Source: Thermoplasmatota archaeon (GTDB lineage Archaea > Thermoplasmatota > Penumbrarchaeia > Penumbrarchaeales > Penumbrarchaeaceae). From it: 39,070 bases of DNA. The stretch covers positions 1 through 39,070 of the forward strand of contig CBDDUX010000067.1 in assembly GCA_965234725.1 (NCBI GenBank), read 5' to 3'. Below are positions 20,830-30,805 of the stretch, piece by piece (the first letter of the stretch is position 1; the number at the start of each line of letters is the position of its first letter). Below the pieces are notes generated by a model, which worked only from the letters and a program-made list of their open reading frames with translations, was not told where the DNA came from and did no database searches. Made by a program: the position numbers and the translations under genes.

Positions 20830-21909
20830 TTAAAGCCAGTTTTTTCTCTTGAAATAAAAGAGCATTCCGACGAAAATTAAAGCCATTACGGATATCACCG
20901 CCGGGTAACCGTAGTACCACCCTAGCTCGGGCATGTTCAGTGGTGAGGAATCCGGCTGGAAGTTCATACCGTATATCCCGGCAATGAAAGTTAGTGGGAT
21001 GAAGATCGTGGCAATTATTGTCAGGACCTTCATTACCTCGTTCATCTTATTAGATACAAGAGACATGTAAAGGTCCATTAATCCCGTAGCCATATCTCTA
21101 AGGCTTTCCAGGGAATCCATGACCTGAATAGTATGGTCGTATACATCCTTCAGGTACGGTTTAACCTCCTCTCCCATGAGGGGTGAATCTTCCCTGATGA
21201 GGCCGTTGACCACCTCCCTCATGGGCCAGATCGATCTTCTATGCTGTATCAACCTTCTTTTCATCGAATGTGTGGATCGAAGACATTCACTATCAGGGTT
21301 AATGCTGAGTCTATCCTCCACTTCCTGAATACTATCTCCAATTTCCTCCAGGATCGGAAAGTAATTATCAACAACAGCATCAATAAGAGTGTATGCAAGG
21401 TAATCAGATCCCATTGATCTTATCTTGCCTCTCTTCATCCTTATCCTTTCCCGAATGGGATCGAAAACGTCTCCTTTCAATTCCTGGAATGATAGAACAA
21501 AACCCTTTCCCAAGATCAGACTTATCTGTTCATGATCATTTCCTTTCTTTTTGCCCGTTTTCACCATCTTGAGAACCATGAAGATGTGTTCTGGAAAGAA
21601 CTCCACTTTAGGTCTCTGGCCAGTGTTCATTATATCCTCCATGATCAGGGGATGGATTGAAAAGATGTCCCTTATCCTCTCCATTAGACCTGTATCATGA
21701 AGTCCATTTATATTGATCCATGAAACCTTTCCTTCAACAGGAAGAACCTTCAATTTTTCAATATCTGTGATCCTTTCCTCTTTGAGATCCGACTCGTCAT
21801 ATGATATGAGATCTACTGTGACCTTCTTCAACCTCTTTTCACCCACGTGAACGAGGGTTCCAGGTGGAAGACCTGGTTCCATTGACCTCCACAACGATAG
21901 CCTTCCCAT
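20830..21909 (-). CDS. corA: Magnesium/cobalt transporter CorA
   Basis: GLPPGTLVHVG, HPLIMEDI.NT.QRPK, MNEVMKVLTIIATIFIPLTFIAGIYGMNF (GMN signature) and MPEL.W.YGYP. The start may lie at 21909 or 21927. Confidence 0.95.
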   Translation of the reverse strand: MGRLSLWRSMEPGLPPGTLVHVGEKRLKKVTVDLISYDESDLKEERITDIEKLKVLPVEGKVSWININGLHDTGLMERIRDIFSIHPLIMEDIMNTGQRPKVEFFPEHIFMVLKMVKTGKKKGNDHEQISLILGKGFVLSFQELKGDVFDPIRERIRMKRGKIRSMGSDYLAYTLIDAVVDNYFPILEEIGDSIQEVEDRLSINPDSECLRSTHSMKRRLIQHRRSIWPMREVVNGLIREDSPLMGEEVKPYLKDVYDHTIQVMDSLESLRDMATGLMDLYMSLVSNKMNEVMKVLTIIATIFIPLTFIAGIYGMNFQPDSSPLNMPELGWYYGYPAVISVMALIFVGMLFYFKRKNWL

Positions 21910-21941
21910 CCATATCCCCCACTTCAATAGATATACCCATT

Positions 21942-21974
21942 TAAAAAGATAGGCCCGGTATCACCGGACCTATC
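21942..21974 (-). terminator. Hairpin plus T-tract downstream of the gamma-CA gene
   Basis: On the + strand, GATAGGCCCGGT-ATC-ACCGGACCTATC is preceded by AAAAA. On the minus strand this reads as a stem followed by TTTTT. Confidence 0.55.
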
Positions 21975-21997
21975 CATTGAGGATGGATATAAAGCGG

Positions 21998-22528
21998 TCA
22001 GTCCAGTCTCTTTAGTCCTTTGGGGTATCTCCTAGCTAGGTCCGGGTAGATTGCCTTGAATCCTATCCAGGTCTCCTTGAGTTCATCGCTTATCTTCCTT
22101 TTTGGGGCAGCGGGTATCCCCGCAACGATCATTTCTTCCTCAATTTCAGACCTGGTCTTGACCACCGACCCTTCAGCCACGAAAGCCCACTTTCCCACAT
22201 GTGAGAAATCAGAGACAACAGCTCCCATTCCGATCACTGCAAGATCATCGATGGTGCAATTGTGTATGACACATCCGTGGCCCAGGGTGACATCATTTCC
22301 AATGGTCGTGATATCTCCCGGTCTAGCATGGATGACAACATTTTCTTCGATGGAGGTCCTGTCTCCAACGATTATCTTGCCATAGTCACCCCTGACTACA
22401 GCTCCCGGACCGATATAGATATCCTCTCCAAGGATCACATCCCCCACTACAGTAGCTGTCTCGAAGACGAAGCTCCCCTTCCCTATGACAGGTGTCCTGC
22501 CCTCAAATGAATATATGCCCATTTTCAA
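21998..22528 (-). CDS. Gamma-carbonic-anhydrase-like (YrdA/CaiE/PaaY family) hexapeptide-repeat protein
   Basis: GDV..G....I.PGAVVRGD, hexapeptide repeats, and three His ligands in VIHA, LGHG and VIHN. Confidence 0.92.
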   Translation of the reverse strand: MKMGIYSFEGRTPVIGKGSFVFETATVVGDVILGEDIYIGPGAVVRGDYGKIIVGDRTSIEENVVIHARPGDITTIGNDVTLGHGCVIHNCTIDDLAVIGMGAVVSDFSHVGKWAFVAEGSVVKTRSEIEEEMIVAGIPAAPKRKISDELKETWIGFKAIYPDLARRYPKGLKRLD

Positions 22529-22531
22529 CCC

Positions 22532-23371
22532 TCATTTATTCTCTGCCATGGAGACAGTCATCTGTGGGAATGGTATTTCAATCCCCATCTTCGAGAAGGT
22601 CATTGGGATATCCTTTTTTAACATGCCCCAAAGGTCCCAATAGTTTTCCGTCTTGGTCCATGGCCTGAGCCGAAGATTGATCGCGGAATCTCCAAGGTCC
22701 GTTACAATAACATCCATTGGTGGATCTGTAATGACCAGTCCGGTCTTCAACATGATCTGTTTTGCCACCATGATCGCAACATCCAGGTCTGTTCCGTAGG
22801 CTACCCCTACATTGATGTCGACCCTTCTGATGGGCATCCTTGTGTAGTTCACTATAGGAGAACCCCATACCTGTCTGTTGGGTATGGTGATGTATTTATT
22901 ATCAGGGGTCAGGAGTTCTGTTGACATTACGTTCAGTCCGGTAACCTTTCCCATATGCCCTGACACTTCGACAACCTCATCCATTCTTATAGGTCTCAAT
23001 GTAGCCAGCCATACTCCAGCAAACATATTATTGAGAGAGTCCTGCATACCGAAGGCGATTATCAAACCCAGAGCAGCAGAAAGGCCGATGAAAACACCGC
23101 TAACTTCTATACCCAGGGTTCCAATTGCGAATATGAAAACGGCTATGTAAAGGATAACCGAGATCATTTTCCCCAGGAAATCGACCATGAGTTTTGGCAT
23201 CTTGGTCTTCTTCATGGATGATTTGAACATAACAACGATCAATCTGGCAACAAATATTCCCAGTATTAATACCACTATTGCCGTTATAAGCTGAACATAA
23301 GTGATCTTAAGGATCGGTATCTGTCCTTCAAGTGTATCCACAATATCAAATTTTGGCCCCAATTTATTCAC
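22532..23371 (-). CDS. mscS: Small-conductance mechanosensitive channel
   Basis: Three TM helices, AFGMQDSLNNMFAG, TPDNKYITIPN, RRVDINVGVAYGTD and GIEIPFPQ. Confidence 0.93.
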   Translation of the reverse strand: MNKLGPKFDIVDTLEGQIPILKITYVQLITAIVVLILGIFVARLIVVMFKSSMKKTKMPKLMVDFLGKMISVILYIAVFIFAIGTLGIEVSGVFIGLSAALGLIIAFGMQDSLNNMFAGVWLATLRPIRMDEVVEVSGHMGKVTGLNVMSTELLTPDNKYITIPNRQVWGSPIVNYTRMPIRRVDINVGVAYGTDLDVAIMVAKQIMLKTGLVITDPPMDVIVTDLGDSAINLRLRPWTKTENYWDLWGMLKKDIPMTFSKMGIEIPFPQMTVSMAENK

Positions 23372-23467
23372 CCCTAAGCAACAGAATCAATGAAAAGTAA
23401 TTAAAACATTACCTTTGACCCTTACAATGCAGGTTTATATGAGTTCCTATATGAACTTGTCCTTGTT

Positions 23468-23692
23468 ATGGAACCAATGAAGAATTGCCCCAACTGTGGA
23501 TCACCTTTAGGATCTTTTCAAGGTATCCAGCATGGTTGTATGGAGGGAGATTTTGAAATAATGTACGGGAGGGATATCTGTCCGATCTGCAAAGAGGGAT
23601 GTTATGCATGGAGATTTGACAATTCACCAGGAAACCAGGGCATGTATCAAGGAAAATGCTGTTCTTGTGAGATGATTCAGAAGAATGGATGA
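23468..23692 (+). CDS. Small Cys-rich zinc-finger-like protein (74 aa)
   Basis: CPNCG, CPIC and CCSC motifs. TATA-like TTTATAT at about 23434-23440 fits a leaderless start. Confidence 0.65.
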   Translation: MEPMKNCPNCGSPLGSFQGIQHGCMEGDFEIMYGRDICPICKEGCYAWRFDNSPGNQGMYQGKCCSCEMIQKNG

Positions 23693-23779
23693 TATTTTTT
23701 AACTTCATATTCTTAAGGAAATTATTCAGGTATTTTCAGATCCACATTTCTTCTGACCTTCGAGTATTGATCAATAAAG

Positions 23780-24322
23780 TCAAACGTCATCTTCGTGGTA
23801 TTTGTATGTGATCTCCAGATTATAGGAGAAGCCTCTATCAGCGACCCCTCTCCAAAATATTGGACCGATCCACTGGTCAGGACCTGCAACGATAGTAACG
23901 GGAATGTTGAGATTCCATCTTTGTGCCATATATTCGGTGCCATCCCATGTCACCGTGATGGAAGTTGTGAATGGTGATTCGGGACTTGCAGTTCCTCCAT
24001 TTGCAGTTCCAGTTGCATTCCCATCAATTTCCGAAAGGGTCATCTGGCCAACCTGATCCGGATCCGTTCCTTCTTCCCCATCATTTACGGTTATATTGAC
24101 CATGATCTCTATCACATCACCGAAATCCAGGGGAATTTCCACGGTCACCTCGGTTTCAACGGGTTCGATCTGAGCAAGATCTGATTGCGTTCCTGTTAGA
24201 TTTAGCTGACCACTGTTAACTTTAGGTTCCTTGCTTCCTCCTGAGCTTTCTCCTGAGCCCATACAACCGGCAAGCAAGGTCAACACCGAGATCGAAGCGA
24301 GTAAAACCAATCTTTTGTCCAT
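23780..24322 (-). CDS. Lipoprotein of unknown function
   Basis: Lipobox LLAGC after a basic/hydrophobic signal, and GGTGA SD. Confidence 0.82.
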   Translation of the reverse strand: MDKRLVLLASISVLTLLAGCMGSGESSGGSKEPKVNSGQLNLTGTQSDLAQIEPVETEVTVEIPLDFGDVIEIMVNITVNDGEEGTDPDQVGQMTLSEIDGNATGTANGGTASPESPFTTSITVTWDGTEYMAQRWNLNIPVTIVAGPDQWIGPIFWRGVADRGFSYNLEITYKYHEDDV

Positions 24323-24430
24323 GATATCACCCTGGCAATTATATCATCATAATCCCTTTGTGCGATAATAAATCATTTGGTCGCAGCAGGGAAACAAAGG
24401 GATCAAGATGGTTTATCCATTTAATGTAAA

Positions 24431-25951
24431 TCAGAGATCGATATCGTATATGTTGGAGTATTTTTTCTTGAGGTAGTCGATGAAATGGTCCTCGTTGAGA
24501 GGTTCCCCTGTTACCTTCTTAACAAGGTCGTCAGCTGAATAGAGTTTTCCATATTGGTGAATATTCTCCCTCAACCACTTGAGAAGAGGCTGGAGATCTC
24601 CCTTTTCAATATGGGACCCAAGATCCATGATATCTCTTACTGCCGTATCATAGAATTGAGCCGAATAGAGATTTCCAAGTGAATATGTTGGGAAATAACC
24701 CACGACCCCCATGGCCCAGTGAATATCCTGCAGGCACCCCTGAGCATCATTTTCGATCTCCAGACCGAGGTACTTTTCATAGAGTTCGTTCCATGCTTGT
24801 GGGATCTCGGACACCTTCAACTTATCCTCCATCAGGTCCTTTTCGATCTCGAACCGAACCAGGATATGCATTGAATAGGTGACCTCGTCCGCCTCCACTC
24901 TTATTGGTGACAAACTGATATGGTTGATAGCCCTATGGAAATCATCGAGGTTCACATCCCTCATTGATGGAAAAGCAACCTGAAGGTCCGGGAAATAGGC
25001 CTTCCAGAAGTTCTCGGACCTTCCTACAATGTTTTCCCAGAGTCTTGATTGTGATTCATGGATCCCAAGGGAAATCGGTTCAGCTAGTGGTGTAAGGTAA
25101 TTTTCTTTCTTGAAACCCTGTTCATAAAGGGCATGTCCCGCTTCATGTATGGTAGAGAAGAGGCCGGGTCTAAGGTCATTCTCATCATATCTCAAGGTTA
25201 CCCTGACATCATCAAGAGATCCCGCAGTGAAGGGATGAGCCGACGTATCCACTCTGCCCCGTTCAAGATCATACCCCATTTTCTGCATGATGGCCGTGTA
25301 GAATTCTTTCTGTACACCTATGGGATAATTTCTCTTGAGAACATCCTGATCATCATTACTGCAAATGTCTGTGAGTCTGGATACAAGTGGCTTTAATTTT
25401 TCACCGAGATCATGGAATATTCCGGTCAATCTTTGACTTTTCATGTATGGTTCGAACTCATCAATAAGTGCGTCGTAGGGCGAATCCTCGTAACCAACAT
25501 GTTCAGCTACCTGCTTCTTCAGTGAAATTACCCTTTCAAGAACCTCTTTGAAAATTGAGAAATCAGACCTCTTCCTTGCCTTGACCCATACACCGGTTGC
25601 TACCGGTTCCAATCCGGAGAGTTCCCTTATGAGTGAACTTGGTATGGCCGCCGCCCTTGTGTGACTTCTAGTTATCTCTCTGACTATTGCTGCTTTTTCT
25701 CCTGTCAATTCAATCTTGGATAGATCATGAAGTAGTCCCTTCATCTCCTTTGATATGAGCCTTTCGTGTGCGATCCCAGAGATGAGCGATTGCTGTTCAC
25801 CTCTCATGTCAACGGAACCAGGCGGCATATACGTGTTCTGATCCCACATGAGAATGCTTCCTATCTGTCCCAAGCGGACTATATCCGAATACCTGAAGAC
25901 AAGTTCATTATAAGGATCCACATCCATTCCTCGAGGCTGTATAAATTTCAT
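24431..25951 (-). CDS. Carboxypeptidase, peptidase family M32
   Basis: Motifs HPF, DVRVT, HEAGHALYEQG, HESQSRLWEN, IRVEADE, GCLQDIHW and GYFPTY.LG. The true start may be 25927. Confidence 0.95.
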   Translation of the reverse strand: MKFIQPRGMDVDPYNELVFRYSDIVRLGQIGSILMWDQNTYMPPGSVDMRGEQQSLISGIAHERLISKEMKGLLHDLSKIELTGEKAAIVREITRSHTRAAAIPSSLIRELSGLEPVATGVWVKARKRSDFSIFKEVLERVISLKKQVAEHVGYEDSPYDALIDEFEPYMKSQRLTGIFHDLGEKLKPLVSRLTDICSNDDQDVLKRNYPIGVQKEFYTAIMQKMGYDLERGRVDTSAHPFTAGSLDDVRVTLRYDENDLRPGLFSTIHEAGHALYEQGFKKENYLTPLAEPISLGIHESQSRLWENIVGRSENFWKAYFPDLQVAFPSMRDVNLDDFHRAINHISLSPIRVEADEVTYSMHILVRFEIEKDLMEDKLKVSEIPQAWNELYEKYLGLEIENDAQGCLQDIHWAMGVVGYFPTYSLGNLYSAQFYDTAVRDIMDLGSHIEKGDLQPLLKWLRENIHQYGKLYSADDLVKKVTGEPLNEDHFIDYLKKKYSNIYDIDL

Positions 25952-26389
25952 ATGAATTATAATTCACCCTTGTATAAACTCCAAATCTTTTGGGAGGATC
26001 ATTCAGATGGGACCTATTGCGTGGTGGGGTTCATTGGTCAATTTGGATATTGGTCAACAGAATACAGTAGGCTTGCCTGAGGGGTTGTGACAAGGTCCTG
26101 ATGATCATAGAGTAGATGAAGGAAGTAAATTTTTCAATCCAGTTGAAATGAAATGGATCCCCCACCCTCTTGATATCAATACCTAATATCATCAATATCG
26201 GGATTCGACAATCATAATCAATAAAGGAAAAAAAGGTCCATATTAAGAAATGACGGACCGAAATCCATAAATATACCCTTATGTAGATTCGGGTTTTTTA
26301 TGTTGTTGTTATATAACAATAAGCTCATTTTTAATATTGCCCGAAAGAAAAAGGTGAGACATTGATCGGAGGTCGAATGGCCGGCCTCA

Positions 26390-26499
26390 GACCGATGGGG
26401 CTCTGGACGTGGGGTTAAGAAGAGAGAAATGAATGCGTGAATGAACATGGAAGAGCTGTCAAGGCCCTCCCTCCGCCCCGGTGGGGGAGGGCCGCTATT
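26390..26499. repeat. ~110-nt non-coding element, copy 1 (direct repeat of 37643-37750), ending in a GC-rich hairpin
   Basis: GACCGATGG..CTCTGGACGTGGGGTTAAGAAGAGAGA..TGAATGCGTGAATGAACATGGAAGAGCTG.CAAGGCCCTCCC...GGGGAGGGCCGCTATT is shared with copy 2. Confidence 0.92.
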
Positions 26500-26527
26500 G
26501 TTCATGTTCTAATCCAATATGATATGA

Positions 26528-26563
26528 TGGAAATCATGCTAATTGTGGAAATGATACTAATTG
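26528..26563. repeat. Tandem 18-bp direct repeat (candidate protein-binding site)
   Basis: TGGAAATCATGCTAATTG followed directly by TGGAAATGATACTAATTG (16/18 identical). Confidence 0.6.
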
Positions 26564-26683
26564 ATTTTTCACATCAAATTCAGAAAAAGGAACAGAAGAG
26601 AATATTTTAAAAATACCTGTTCATACCAATGAAAAAACGGATATATAGAAATGTTCATTTTATCTATTGGTTGGGGGTAAGAG

Positions 26684-26989
26684 TTGGCAGGAGTAGGGTC
26701 AAAGGAAAGGCTGTCAAAATACGACGTTGGCGTCGCAGTTCTTTCCTACCTAGTCAAGATAAAAGAGGAGGGGAGGTCCAGGGCAACCACTAGAGAGATA
26801 AGTAGAAAACCATCGGAATTCATAGAGAGCACCCAAAGACAGCAGAGGATCAAGGAGATGCTTGAAGGATTCGAGGAGCAAGGATTCGTAAAATCTGAAA
26901 CCTTCGATATGGGAACTGTCTGGGAAATAACAGATGAAGGTTACAGCTGGTACAAGACAATTGCCAAGCAATTCATGTCAATTTTCTAA
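26684..26989 (+). CDS. Winged-helix DNA-binding protein (101 aa)
   Basis: VLSYL...ATTREIS...RIKEMLEGFEEQGFV...WEITDEG. TTG start after GGGGG, with A-rich BRE and ATATATA about 40 nt upstream. Confidence 0.8.
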   Translation: MAGVGSKERLSKYDVGVAVLSYLVKIKEEGRSRATTREISRKPSEFIESTQRQQRIKEMLEGFEEQGFVKSETFDMGTVWEITDEGYSWYKTIAKQFMSIF

Positions 26990-27004
26990 TGTTTTTTCAA
27001 ATCA

Positions 27005-30000
27005 TCAACCTATTTTTTCTGAGTGATCATCTTCTTGTGTCCCTTGAAGGGGACCTTTATTTTCTTTCCGATTTTTTAAGACCATCAAACCAAAGAATAC
27101 CAAGCAGATAATCAAGAAGAGACTTAAGATAGTCAACATTAAACCTACAGGACGTTGGTCCTCTCTTTCACTTCCTTCTCCATCCAGAGGTATATCAGTA
27201 GATGATTTCACTGTAATATTGAATGTTATCGATGTAATATCTTTTCCATCTGTTACACTTATTTCAATCGTATTATTTCCGATATCTTCAGGTCCAGGTT
27301 CCCAGGTCATAATCGATGTTGAACTGGAAAGGTCCACTCCATCTGGACTTTGGACTAATTCCAATACAAGAGCAGATTGATCAATCAAATCAGGGTCCAT
27401 TGTGCTCAATTCAATGGTCAATTTCTTTCCAACATCTATCTCCCAGTCACCTGGATCAGTGAGTGTGGGGGGCGTGTTCACATGGAAACTGTGGACTCCA
27501 TCTTGGCAGTAACCGGATGACCTTTGATCCTTTGGAACCACTGTCCAGAAGTACTCTTCTCCTTTGAGCAATATTTCAGGTTTATATTCTGTAATCACCG
27601 TTGACTCCAGGATCAAATGCTCTTCCTTCAATTCTTCTACTTCTACCCAGTTTGTTCCGATATATAGATCGAAGAGGACCTCCTCTCCTTCCGGATCGGC
27701 CCCCTCCCATTTCAATACGATATCAGATGATTTGTATGACTTTCCATGTTCCGGTGATAGTAGTCTTGCAGTAGGAGCCGGATCGGGAACAATGAACAGG
27801 TCGAAATCATGACGGATCAATACATTTCCATCCGAGGCCTGGACTGTAATTGTCGTGAAAAATGTATTGTTCTGGAGCATTGTCAAACCCTTTGTATCTG
27901 CTTCCCAGGAGATCTCTCCGGAGAATGGATCGATGAAGATCGAAGAATATGGGAAGGAACTGATCGAATATTCCAACACATCCATAGAGTCTTGATCGAA
28001 TGCTTCCATCTGGAAACTGAATTCCTCTCCTTCTCTGAGAGTAGTTCCGTTGAAAACTTTTTTCCATACTGGCTTGTCATTTGTATTTAATACAGTCAGT
28101 GTGAAATTGTGGAAATCGGTTCCCTCCTTTCCGTCCGAGATCGAAATATTCACAAAGTATGAACCTACATCCTCATTTCTTGGTATTCCAGAAAGCCTGC
28201 GGGTATCCTTATTGAACTCCAACCAATTGGCATTTGTCTTCATAGTCCAGTTCAAGCTATCTCCATCAGGATCATAAGCAGAATAACTAATGAGATAATA
28301 ATCATCTTCAATGGCCTCAATATCATCCAATGTGGAGATTGAGGGATCTCTATTGGTTTGATATATATTTAGGACAAATCTTGACCAATCCCAACCACCA
28401 TTTCCATCATTGACAGATACATTGATATGATATTCTCCAGTATGTTCGCTAGTTGGTGTTCCACTTAATATCCCAGTATGAGGGCCCATTTCAAGGAATG
28501 GGACTTTCGGCGAATAGGACCATGAAATTACACCCAGCCCATCCTGGTCTGAGTTATAATCCGAATAGTAGAATTCTCCCGTACTTATCTCCTCGATATC
28601 ATCGGTCAAAATCACTGGTGGTATATTGATTACAGTAAGAATGAATTCATGTCTATCAAAATGTCCCAGATCATCTGATATGTTGATCATTATTTGATAT
28701 TCACCAACGTGGGAATTTGTTGGAGTTCCCGAAAGGATTTTCTTATTGCTATTCCAGGTTAACCAGGAAGAAGCCGATCCAAGATCGATATCCCATTGTT
28801 GAGGCTCAATAATCCCTCTATAACTGTATTTTACTTCATAGAACTGGTTTTCTGTGGCCTCTTGATCATCTTCCTGGGGAAATAATGTAATATGATCTTG
28901 CACCAGGAGTTTAGAAAAGATGTTAGGACTCTTCCTTGAATAAACAGTAATATTCTTCCACGGTATCGAATCACATGTCGGATGCAGTGTATCTATACAA
29001 GATCCAAGTGTGAAATTCCCCCGATAATGGCCAGTATTCTTTCCAGTCTCTTTTAACATCAGAGGTAATTGAGACTCCGTCCCTTCTGTTTCGATGATAG
29101 CAAATGCCTGATCAATATGCGATGTATTCCCATCTATACCAATCAATTCAACGAATATCCTACCTCCTTTCAATGCCTTTGTGATCGGAGTGTCGAATGA
29201 ATTGTTAGGATAAAGCCTGATAGATGTAGTAGTTAGCTGTTCAGAAGCTTTATTAGTTGAAATGATAAACACTTTTCCTCGATTGTATCTACTTAATGTG
29301 TTGTCAAATTGTGGCATTCCGACCTTGATCTCTGGATAACCATCACCATTGATATCTCCAGCCATGGATAGTTCATTGAACCCAGCAGGAATATCATTCG
29401 TATCAGTCCCAAAGAATATGAAATCCGAGTCTGTTAAACTCATGTTCCCTTTCCAGTTTGTCGAGTTACCATTTATTACATATACATTCCCATCTTGGAT
29501 ATTATTGTAACTATGATAAGGTGCTCCTATCGCGATGTCATCATACCCATCGAGGTTCAGATCACCGACTATGGTCACAGATGTTCCTGCATTTTCAGTA
29601 TCAGATCCCAAATATATCCTATCAGCTGTATCTACATTGGTATTCTCATCAAATTCCGTTTTCTTTCCAAGGAAAAGATATACCTTTCCATTAAAATCAT
29701 CAGAGCGATTTGCTCCGATTAGAATATCATTGAATCCATCACCATTGATGTCTCCTCTCCCTCCAACCATGCTGCCTTGATCCTCTATTTTAGTGCATAG
29801 AAAGGATCCATTGCAATATGTTTCGATATTCCCCCCCTTTTCCCAACCTTTACTTCTCCCCAATAACAGGTAATTTTCCACTTTGGAAGAAATTTTTGAA
29901 TAATTGGATAAATAACGACTTCCAATAATCATATCATCGAATCCATCACCATTGATGTCACCAAGTCCGGTCCCAGTACCCGGCCAACCCAGCATCTCCA

Positions 30001-30772
30001 TCTGTTGTGAACCCTCATATGAGTAATGCTGTGAGCTCAAGACCTCATTATTGACCCATCCAATACTCCTTCCAAAAACGATGTAGACGATACCTGCATC
30101 AATCTTTCCCTCTGCATCATGGCCGTAGGCACCGATGATGAAATCATCATATGAATCATTATTTAGATCACCCACGCCAGTGGTTAACCATCCAGCTCCA
30201 TCACCCTGGTTTTCACCGATGAAAGAAGCATCAGCATTTGAGGTATTGATCTCCTTCTGCCAACCATCATCTTTTCCAAAGAAAAGGTACACCTTTCCTC
30301 TATCAATCTTTCCACCTGAGTTGAAATTTCCATCACACATCAATATATCATCAAATCCATCACCATTGATATCTCCTGCAATTGAACCAAAACCAAGTTT
30401 TGCCCCCCCTGGGGTTTCCATCACGAATTTCACATCTGCATTTGATACAGAATCATCCCTTTTCAATCCCACACCCCTCCCAAAGGTCAGAAAAACCAAA
30501 GAAGGATTTATTCCAGGTCCCATTGCATCAGCTATCACGTCATCAAAACCATCCCCATTGACATCTCCAGATCCAAGACTGAACCTTCCATAGGTCATAC
30601 TTCCGATATCACCTTCAATACTGCACCAGGCGTTTGACATTGGATTGATCTGTGTTGTGAATATTTTTTCGAATATATCATGAACCTCTTCCATATTTGT
30701 CTCATTAAGAGCAATAGAAATTGAGGATATTACTGATAGAGTTGCCACTATTAATCCTATATTCAATCTCAT
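27005..30772 (-). CDS. Surface protein with 7 FG-GAP (integrin-alpha-like) repeats, cadherin/Ig-like stalk and C-terminal TM helix
   Basis: Seven GD(V/I/L)NxDG(F/Y)xD-type repeats with G.VY.F.G strands, LSGTP...VG.Y.I.I.VSD Ig repeats, signal peptide and C-terminal TM helix. Confidence 0.93.
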   Translation of the reverse strand: MRLNIGLIVATLSVISSISIALNETNMEEVHDIFEKIFTTQINPMSNAWCSIEGDIGSMTYGRFSLGSGDVNGDGFDDVIADAMGPGINPSLVFLTFGRGVGLKRDDSVSNADVKFVMETPGGAKLGFGSIAGDINGDGFDDILMCDGNFNSGGKIDRGKVYLFFGKDDGWQKEINTSNADASFIGENQGDGAGWLTTGVGDLNNDSYDDFIIGAYGHDAEGKIDAGIVYIVFGRSIGWVNNEVLSSQHYSYEGSQQMEMLGWPGTGTGLGDINGDGFDDMIIGSRYLSNYSKISSKVENYLLLGRSKGWEKGGNIETYCNGSFLCTKIEDQGSMVGGRGDINGDGFNDILIGANRSDDFNGKVYLFLGKKTEFDENTNVDTADRIYLGSDTENAGTSVTIVGDLNLDGYDDIAIGAPYHSYNNIQDGNVYVINGNSTNWKGNMSLTDSDFIFFGTDTNDIPAGFNELSMAGDINGDGYPEIKVGMPQFDNTLSRYNRGKVFIISTNKASEQLTTTSIRLYPNNSFDTPITKALKGGRIFVELIGIDGNTSHIDQAFAIIETEGTESQLPLMLKETGKNTGHYRGNFTLGSCIDTLHPTCDSIPWKNITVYSRKSPNIFSKLLVQDHITLFPQEDDQEATENQFYEVKYSYRGIIEPQQWDIDLGSASSWLTWNSNKKILSGTPTNSHVGEYQIMINISDDLGHFDRHEFILTVINIPPVILTDDIEEISTGEFYYSDYNSDQDGLGVISWSYSPKVPFLEMGPHTGILSGTPTSEHTGEYHINVSVNDGNGGWDWSRFVLNIYQTNRDPSISTLDDIEAIEDDYYLISYSAYDPDGDSLNWTMKTNANWLEFNKDTRRLSGIPRNEDVGSYFVNISISDGKEGTDFHNFTLTVLNTNDKPVWKKVFNGTTLREGEEFSFQMEAFDQDSMDVLEYSISSFPYSSIFIDPFSGEISWEADTKGLTMLQNNTFFTTITVQASDGNVLIRHDFDLFIVPDPAPTARLLSPEHGKSYKSSDIVLKWEGADPEGEEVLFDLYIGTNWVEVEELKEEHLILESTVITEYKPEILLKGEEYFWTVVPKDQRSSGYCQDGVHSFHVNTPPTLTDPGDWEIDVGKKLTIELSTMDPDLIDQSALVLELVQSPDGVDLSSSTSIMTWEPGPEDIGNNTIEISVTDGKDITSITFNITVKSSTDIPLDGEGSEREDQRPVGLMLTILSLFLIICLVFFGLMVLKNRKENKGPLQGTQEDDHSEKIG

Positions 30773-30805
30773 TTTACTCCCTTCCTTTTTCCCTTTTTTC
30801 CCATG

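Noticed and set aside
26390..26499. tRNA, hammerhead or HDV ribozyme, or group II intron remnant
   Set aside because: I could find no cloverleaf or T-loop, no CUGANGA/GAAA core, and no domain V motif on either strand.
26218..26505. 95-aa minus-strand ORF across the repeat element
   Set aside because: The frame is not preserved in the second copy (2-nt length difference) and the sequence is not protein-like.
29330..30570. Recurring AATCCATCACCATTGAT-like nucleotide repeats (possible DGR template/variable repeats)
   Set aside because: They are explained by FG-GAP GDINGDGF codons. There is no reverse transcriptase and no adenine-specific mismatch pair.
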